Source: Candidatus Heimdallarchaeota archaeon (GTDB lineage: Archaea > Asgardarchaeota > Heimdallarchaeia > Hodarchaeales > Hodarchaeaceae). From it: a stretch of 64,000 nt of DNA. A program made the position numbers and the translations under genes. The notes below the pieces were generated by a model. That model was not told where the DNA came from. It saw only the letters and a program-made list of their open reading frames with translations, and ran no database searches. Numbering within the stretch: position 1 is the stretch's first letter; every line of letters begins with the position of its first letter. Of the stretch, positions 58,624 through 64,000 are shown one piece after another. The stretch covers positions 4,439,248 to 4,503,247 of the forward strand of contig CP070695.1 in assembly GCA_020353515.1 (NCBI GenBank), written 5' to 3'.

Positions 58624-59571
58624 TTGTTGGTAGTTGTAAGCCAAATTTGGATTCAGCATCTTCCATGCATGCATATTATTGGTCACTGTCAATTAAGAGG
58701 AGGTATTGAGCTCGAACCCGAATTAGGAGGAGCCCTCTATACCGCGATAGCTTTAGCTCTCGCTGAGGTGGAAAAAGCACCGTATTATACCATGTCTGGA
58801 GTGTTTGGTCACGTTATCCCTGAATTAGAGGGAATGGGCATATTTACAGTCCAGAGTGGGAATTACCGAATTTTTTTCTTGTGTGAGGGTTTGTATGGTC
58901 ATGGGATTCCTTACTTAGCAGGAAAAGGGATGGGAAAGAAAATTAATAACTTGTTTCACCTCCTTGAAGAGGATGATCCCCAAGATTCATGTATAATGAC
59001 ACATAAATCAAAAAGTGAATCTTATTGGTTTGATCTCATTTGTCTTGCGGGATTGGGCGAAAATATTCAGATTGAAGAAATTGGCAGTATTTTTCCATTA
59101 CAAACTGTGTCATTTCAGTACAAACAGTCCACAGATAAAGATTACGACATCAATCGGATTGAATCCTCACGTTTACACGATTTAGGATATGGATGGAAAG
59201 AGAGATATAATACGATTCTTAAAAAGATTGAAGCTCTTTTTCTAAATCCCAGGTACAGTTTTTTAATTTATAAATCCCTTTTCGATCAATTCAATGAATT
59301 TAATCCCGATTTTCAACCGAGCTTACTTGTTTTAACGTACCAACAGGGAGATTTACAAGCAATTGAAAATGCTATAGTCGCCATTTTAATCCTGGAATCA
59401 ACTAAATTACAAATTGAATATTGCCTCCCTGTAACGCTAGGAGAGTCGCTAGAAGGTAGTCATGCTGTTAGTATATTTTTACGGTCTCTTGTATTAAATT
59501 CATCTGATCAGGATAGATCTCAAACACGGATAAAAGAAACGGAAATTCTGAATAAATTTCATAAATATTAA
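58624..59571 (+). CDS. Protein with probable N-terminal longin-like domain
   Basis: beta(SQIWIQH)-beta(HIIGHCQL)-helix(EPELGGALYTAIALALAEV)-beta-beta(GIFTVQS)-beta(YRIFFLCE)-helix pattern. Confidence 0.55.
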   Translation: MLVVVSQIWIQHLPCMHIIGHCQLRGGIELEPELGGALYTAIALALAEVEKAPYYTMSGVFGHVIPELEGMGIFTVQSGNYRIFFLCEGLYGHGIPYLAGKGMGKKINNLFHLLEEDDPQDSCIMTHKSKSESYWFDLICLAGLGENIQIEEIGSIFPLQTVSFQYKQSTDKDYDINRIESSRLHDLGYGWKERYNTILKKIEALFLNPRYSFLIYKSLFDQFNEFNPDFQPSLLVLTYQQGDLQAIENAIVAILILESTKLQIEYCLPVTLGESLEGSHAVSIFLRSLVLNSSDQDRSQTRIKETEILNKFHKY

Positions 59572-59886
59572 ACTGTTATAGGGGAATTTATGTCGTGAAA
59601 ACTCACTGTACCATCATAATTTAAAAATTTTAATATTTCAATGATCTCAGGAATATCTCCTTCAGATTGAGGTTTATGGGAATTATCATTCATTTTATCT
59701 TCAATCAAGAAATAATCTCTCATCCTTTATAAGGCTAATCGAATGGTATTCATAAATAGAAAAATACTTAAACTGTCATTCTAGCGAAAAGGGAGTACAA
59801 TCATTCTACAGATGTGTAAAACGAACTAAAGATAGATTGTTCCTCCACTCCAAGTTATACCGTCGTTTATGGCTGGATGAACACCA

Positions 59887-59993
59887 GGGGTGGTCAGGAA
59901 ATTGTAGAGATCTTCCACACCTTCGTCTTATACATTCTAGATTTAATTCCAGAAATTCAAACACTACAATATCTCCAATTAAACAGAGTGTAA
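59887..59993 (+). pseudogene. 3' remnant of a second copy of the Rab-like GTPase gene
   Basis: 59887-59983 aligns without gaps to 58101-58197 at 87/97 nt; reads GGQEIVEIFHTFVLYILDLIPEIQTLQYLQLNRV*. Confidence 0.88.
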
Positions 59994-60265
59994 AAATATT
60001 ATTAGAAGTTGTTACCAATCTTTCCATTTCGATATAGGAGATCGAAATTCCTTATACAATAATGTCTCCCCAAACGGTTTTATTTCCCGTTAAAGTGGTC
60101 AGAAAGTTCACATTCGGAAATCTTCCTTCAGAGGGGGTTTTATAGTAATAGAATTCTCGTATGCATGAAAAAAGCTAGTATTTCCAGATTAGTAACACAG
60201 GATCAAGATTTTAAGAAGATTAAAAGATAGATTGATCGGAAAATAAACAAAGAAGGGGCCTAAAC

Positions 60266-61081
60266 ATGCCATTTAAGTATGAAATGAAACCCTCACTTGG
60301 AGTATTCAGCCCTTATTATTACTTTATCTTTCGTAAGAATGATTTACTGGTTTTCTTTGAGAAAAGTAGAGCTGCTATCCCATTCATATCAGATATTACT
60401 GAACTTAATCTAGACATCATCCGAAAACAATATTTTGGATCGCTAGATAACTATCCTTGTTATTTTGGAGAGGTTTCACCTGACATAGAACCACCTAAAG
60501 GCATGGCGTTTCTTGGGTTACGTAGTTTGTATGAAGTATTAGAAGAAGAGCTCCTCTGGATAGCTGGTCGGGCGTTACAACTTATAAACTGGGATAGGAC
60601 TACCCAGTATTGTGGTTCTTGCGGAGTTCGAACAGAAGTCAATACCAAAGAACGTGTAAAAATCTGCCCTAGCTGTGGTCTTCTTAATTATCCTAGAATT
60701 AGTCCAGCTATAATAGTGGGGGTTATAAACCAAAAATCAAACCAAATTCTTCTTGCTAATGGTACACGTTTCCCCTCTAACTTTTATAGTGTTCTTGCAG
60801 GATTCGTGGAACCAGGGGAGAACCTTGAGGAGTGTGTAAGGAGGGAAGTCAAAGAAGAAGTCGGTTTAGAGGTAGAAAACATCACTTATTTTGGAAGTCA
60901 GGCGTGGCCGTTTCCTGATTCTCTTATGATCGGTTTCTTAGCAGATTATACTAGAGGGGAAATATCCGTTGATGAAGCTGAAATCAATGACGCAAATTGG
61001 TTTACAAAAGACAATCTCCCTCCTATTCCAAGTAAAATCAGTATTGCACGAAAGATCATTGATTGGTTCGTAACAAATTAA
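60266..61081 (+). CDS. nudC: NAD(+) diphosphatase (Nudix)
   Basis: CGSCG..CPSCG Zn ribbon, YPRISPA, Nudix box GFVEPGENLEECVRREVKEEVG, SQAWPFPDSLM. Confidence 0.95.
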   Translation: MPFKYEMKPSLGVFSPYYYFIFRKNDLLVFFEKSRAAIPFISDITELNLDIIRKQYFGSLDNYPCYFGEVSPDIEPPKGMAFLGLRSLYEVLEEELLWIAGRALQLINWDRTTQYCGSCGVRTEVNTKERVKICPSCGLLNYPRISPAIIVGVINQKSNQILLANGTRFPSNFYSVLAGFVEPGENLEECVRREVKEEVGLEVENITYFGSQAWPFPDSLMIGFLADYTRGEISVDEAEINDANWFTKDNLPPIPSKISIARKIIDWFVTN

Positions 61082-61399
61082 AGAATCAATTAACTCGAAA
61101 ATGCCTTGGATAGTAGTTAGAAGATTCTCTTACGTTTCATTCAAAATTTTATTTATTTCTTCAGCTGCATTTATTTGTCCCATTGGATGATAGAAATATA
61201 CAAAATGTTTTTTTCCTGATGTTGTCTTAATTAATAAATGATTTCCAAGGAGAAACAATTCCAGTTTTAAAGTGGGTTATCCTTGAGAGTATAGACCAAA
61301 TGAGAATACAGGTTATCCAACGCTAATCTACATATAAAACTATATTTCATCACTACGGTATATATCAAGCGGTAATCGGCATCAGGATGGCATGAGTAA

Positions 61400-62329
61400 A
61401 TGATAAATAATAAAGAAACAATGATTTTGCAAGAACTTGAGAAAATGCTTTATAAAACAGAAAAACTTGAAGAAGGAGAAAATATTCATATTCTAGAAGA
61501 AAAAGAACACCTTTATGATAATGAAATAAGTGTAAAAATAAATAATGGAACTATAACAGCATTATCACTTAGATTTTCTGGTTTAGTTCAACTTCCTGAA
61601 AATATCGGTGCTTTGAAAAATCTTCAATACCTGTTTGTACATGATAACAAACTAAATACATTTCCTGACAGTATAGGTAGATTAACAAATCTGGAAGTAT
61701 TAGATGCTGCAAATAATACTATTGATACATTACCAAGCTCGCTAGGCAATTTAAAGAAGCTCAAGTTTTTGTACTTACACAACAATGAACTCAGTGACAT
61801 ACCAGACTGCATTGGAGAGTTACACGAGTTAATATATTTGAATATTAGCGAGAATTTTCTCCAAGGATTACCTTCAAGTCTGGGAAAGTTAAGAAATCTA
61901 GTAGAATTTCGATTATATAATAATTCACTTACTACGTTGTTTAATAACATAGGAAATTTGAAAAATTTGAAAGAATTTTATTGTATGTACAATAAATTGA
62001 GTACATTGCCTAATACCTTTGGCGAACTGCATAACCTGGTTAAAGCTGACTTCAAAAATAATGTAATTCAAACGGTCCCAAATAATTTCGGGAATTTATC
62101 AAATCTGATGGAATGTAGTTTTAGAAATAATAGAATCAGAGAATTCTCTTTCTCAATGAATGCAATGAAATCTCTGAAATTTTTGGACTTACGTGCAAAT
62201 AGATTACGATTCGTTCCAGAACAGATCAAAGAGCTCCAAAGTCTACAAAAATTAGATTTACGTTGGAATCCACTTAAAGAAAATTTTGGGAAAGACAAAG
62301 TGAAATCTTCTATTCTGTTTTATTATTAA
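61400..62329 (+). CDS. Leucine-rich repeat protein (~10 repeats)
   Basis: LxxLxLxxNxLxxLPxxIGxL repeats ending LDLRWNPL. Confidence 0.93.
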   Translation: MINNKETMILQELEKMLYKTEKLEEGENIHILEEKEHLYDNEISVKINNGTITALSLRFSGLVQLPENIGALKNLQYLFVHDNKLNTFPDSIGRLTNLEVLDAANNTIDTLPSSLGNLKKLKFLYLHNNELSDIPDCIGELHELIYLNISENFLQGLPSSLGKLRNLVEFRLYNNSLTTLFNNIGNLKNLKEFYCMYNKLSTLPNTFGELHNLVKADFKNNVIQTVPNNFGNLSNLMECSFRNNRIREFSFSMNAMKSLKFLDLRANRLRFVPEQIKELQSLQKLDLRWNPLKENFGKDKVKSSILFYY

Positions 62330-62379
62330 AGAGGTCACTCAACTTTTGTCGTAATAATTGGTAACAAAAAGATATGACT

Positions 62380-62634
62380 CTACATTTTATTAATTGCTTT
62401 TATGAAAAGCCAATTTCCATGATTTTCCATCATGTCAATATGAAATTTCGCTTCGACAAGTTTTTGTTTTATTTCTGTCCTACTCCGATTCTCTCCTCTT
62501 GAACCATATCCTGTTTTCATTTTTTTACCATTAGATAAGGTGATTTGTAGTCGTATAATAAATAAATCTTTATTATTGGATATTATTGCGTCCCAAATCC
62601 AAAATTCTCCATTATTTTTTTTAAAACTCGACAA
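62380..62634 (-). pseudogene. Possible C-terminal remnant of a class I SAM methyltransferase
   Basis: K.NGEFWIWD...TGYG...AKF resembles the post-motif LKPGG region; SAM-binding N-terminus absent. Confidence 0.35.
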
Positions 62635-62720
62635 ATTTCCTTAGTTACAACGTCGTCAGTGGCTGGACTTTGGGTTAATACCAAACCTGTAAAATAGACT
62701 TCTGTTGTCCAAAAATAATC

Positions 62721-63104
62721 TCATTCACAAATCTCACATCGTCCAAAAAAAGTAGTTTCAGCACTATCGATAATAATTTCTGTCTGGTTCTCAATCATTT
62801 TTAATGCATAATCAATTAATTCTTTTGATTTAAAATCTAAAATTTTTCCACAGGATGTACATATAATATGATGATGTGGTTCCATTTTAGCTTCAAACCT
62901 TGAAACTCCCTTTATATTGACTTCCTTGATGAGACCATTAGCAACGAGGATCTTCAAATTTTTGTAAACGGTAGCTTTTGTTATTCTAGGTAATTTCTGT
63001 TTAACTGTTTCAAAAATTTCTTCAACTGTAGGATGATTAAAATTGTCTTTGAGGAAATCTAAGATAGCCACGCGTTGATTGGTATATTTCATTACTAAAA
63101 TCAC
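62721..63104 (-). CDS. Fur family regulator, probably PerR-like
   Basis: TNQRVAIL, HPTVEEI, ATVYKNL, HHHIICTSCG, G.CEIC; divergent from catalase. Confidence 0.9.
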   Translation of the reverse strand: MILVMKYTNQRVAILDFLKDNFNHPTVEEIFETVKQKLPRITKATVYKNLKILVANGLIKEVNIKGVSRFEAKMEPHHHIICTSCGKILDFKSKELIDYALKMIENQTEIIIDSAETTFFGRCEICE

Positions 63105-63329
63105 CTGAAAGGATGATCTATTCTGAATTTACTAATTTTGAGAGAGTAGGCAAAGATTTTACAATTAAATACATATTTTTTTAGATTAGAGCAAGGTACC
63201 TGCTATCTAAACACAAATCAGAATAGACTTAGATTATCAATTAATATAGTTTATCTATTAACACAAAGTATTTAACAATTATGATTTTCCAAAAATACTA
63301 AACTAAATAACAAACTGAAGGAGAAATCC

Positions 63330-64000
63330 ATGAAGAGCGATAAAAAAGAAAAAAAATTAACAACAACAGCAGGAAATCCAGTGGCAGATAACCAAAATAC
63401 ACTAACCGCTGGTTCAAGGGGTCCTGTTCTTATACAGGATTACCAATTAATTGAGAAACTCGCACACCAAAACAGAGAAAGAATTCCTGAACGAGTCGTA
63501 CATGCCAAGGGATGGGGTGCCTTCGGTACCTTCACAGTGACTCATGATATCACAAAATATACTAAAGCCAACATTTTCAGTGAAATCGGTAAGAAGACCG
63601 ATATGCTAGCCCGATTCTCTACTGTTGCTGGTGAAATGGGTGCCGCTGATGCAGAGAGAGATGTTCGCGGATTTGCTCTAAAATTCTATACTGATGAAGG
63701 AAATTGGGATATGGTTGGTAACAACACCCCTGTCTTCTTCATACGTGACCCTCTGAAATTCCCAGATTTCATTCATACACAGAAAAGGCATCCCAAAACG
63801 AATCTCCGGTCCAATACCGCTGCTTGGGATTTCTGGAGTCTTTCTCCAGAAAGTCTGCACCAAGTAACTATACTCATGTCTGACAGGGGGATTCCTGTGG
63901 CTCCTATGTATATGAATGGTTATGGTTCTCACACATACAGCTTTATCAATGCAGACAATGAGCGTTTCTGGGTCAAGTTCCACTTCAAAACTCAGCAGGG
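63330..64000 (+). CDS. katA: Monofunctional heme catalase (partial, runs off window; absent from ORF track)
   Basis: Manual translation [23 protein letters not shown]...[13 protein letters not shown]...[39 protein letters not shown]; aaggag upstream. Confidence 0.96.
   Translation, partial: MKSDKKEKKLTTTAGNPVADNQNTLTAGSRGPVLIQDYQLIEKLAHQNRERIPERVVHAKGWGAFGTFTVTHDITKYTKANIFSEIGKKTDMLARFSTVAGEMGAADAERDVRGFALKFYTDEGNWDMVGNNTPVFFIRDPLKFPDFIHTQKRHPKTNLRSNTAAWDFWSLSPESLHQVTILMSDRGIPVAPMYMNGYGSHTYSFINADNERFWVKFHFKTQQ

Noticed and set aside
58101-59983. Rab 3' repeat as a diversity-generating retroelement TR/VR pair
   Set aside because: Five of ten mismatches are C/T changes not involving adenine, several are synonymous, and no reverse transcriptase is in the window
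1631-62298. Numerous 60-140 aa ORFs overlapping longer genes (e.g. 13586, 25202, 39817, 41758, 50138, 52118, 58099, 59837, 61624)
   Set aside because: Antisense or alternate-frame shadows with no recognisable motifs; 58099 and 59837 resemble each other only because of the Rab 3' duplication
34908-62329. LRR proteins as Roco/NLR/TIR immune receptors, or LRR+Rab+kinase as a split LRRK
   Set aside because: LRR proteins have no GTPase, COR, NACHT or TIR domain; the GTPase is Rab-like rather than Roc and no COR domain is present
63215-63265. PerR box upstream of catalase
   Set aside because: AT-rich, with no convincing match to TTATAATnATTATAA by eye
63678-63983. 101-aa minus-strand ORF
   Set aside because: Antisense shadow of the catalase gene
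1-64000. CRISPR array, tRNA/rRNA, integron attC array, transposase/integrase
   Set aside because: No regularly spaced repeats, GC-rich structured RNA segments or recombinase motifs seen; the direct repeats found are unrelated to each other. A small ncRNA could be missed by eye

Overview
AT-rich, gene-dense prokaryotic chromosome segment, most consistent with an Asgard archaeon of the Heimdallarchaeia/Hodarchaeales type. This is an inference from gene content: archaeal-type regulators (HTH-10/Bat, ArsR-like wHTH) and Thr-rich GF-TM-basic C-terminal anchors occur alongside eukaryote-signature-like proteins (Rab-like GTPase, longin-like domains, membrane RING finger, FYVE-spaced Zn finger, three LRR-only proteins, a VTC-like domain). 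The window is a patchwork of unrelated accessory genes (secreted S8 protease, LVIVD protein, GH5, S9 peptidase, MFS/ABC/EamA transporters, hydrolases, PlsC, SF2 helicase, MscL, NudC, Fur/PerR and a catalase running off the right edge). I found no rRNA, tRNA, CRISPR array, transposase or integrase. Best candidates for undescribed biology: (1) a VTC-like tandem-TTM protein plus a second CYTH protein, converging on two LRR proteins with Arg ladders (possible polyphosphate module); (2) a response-regulator receiver fused to a folliculin/uDENN-like longin domain, near a multi-TM sensor with only a His-phosphoacceptor hairpin; (3) an atypical kinase - Rab-like GTPase - longin cluster; (4) a membrane-tethered wHTH factor directly upstream of a HExxH membrane protein; (5) direct repeats and orphan 3' gene ends bracketing 1-3 gene cassettes, indicating heavy gene turnover. 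All family calls come from reading motifs by eye, without database searches.
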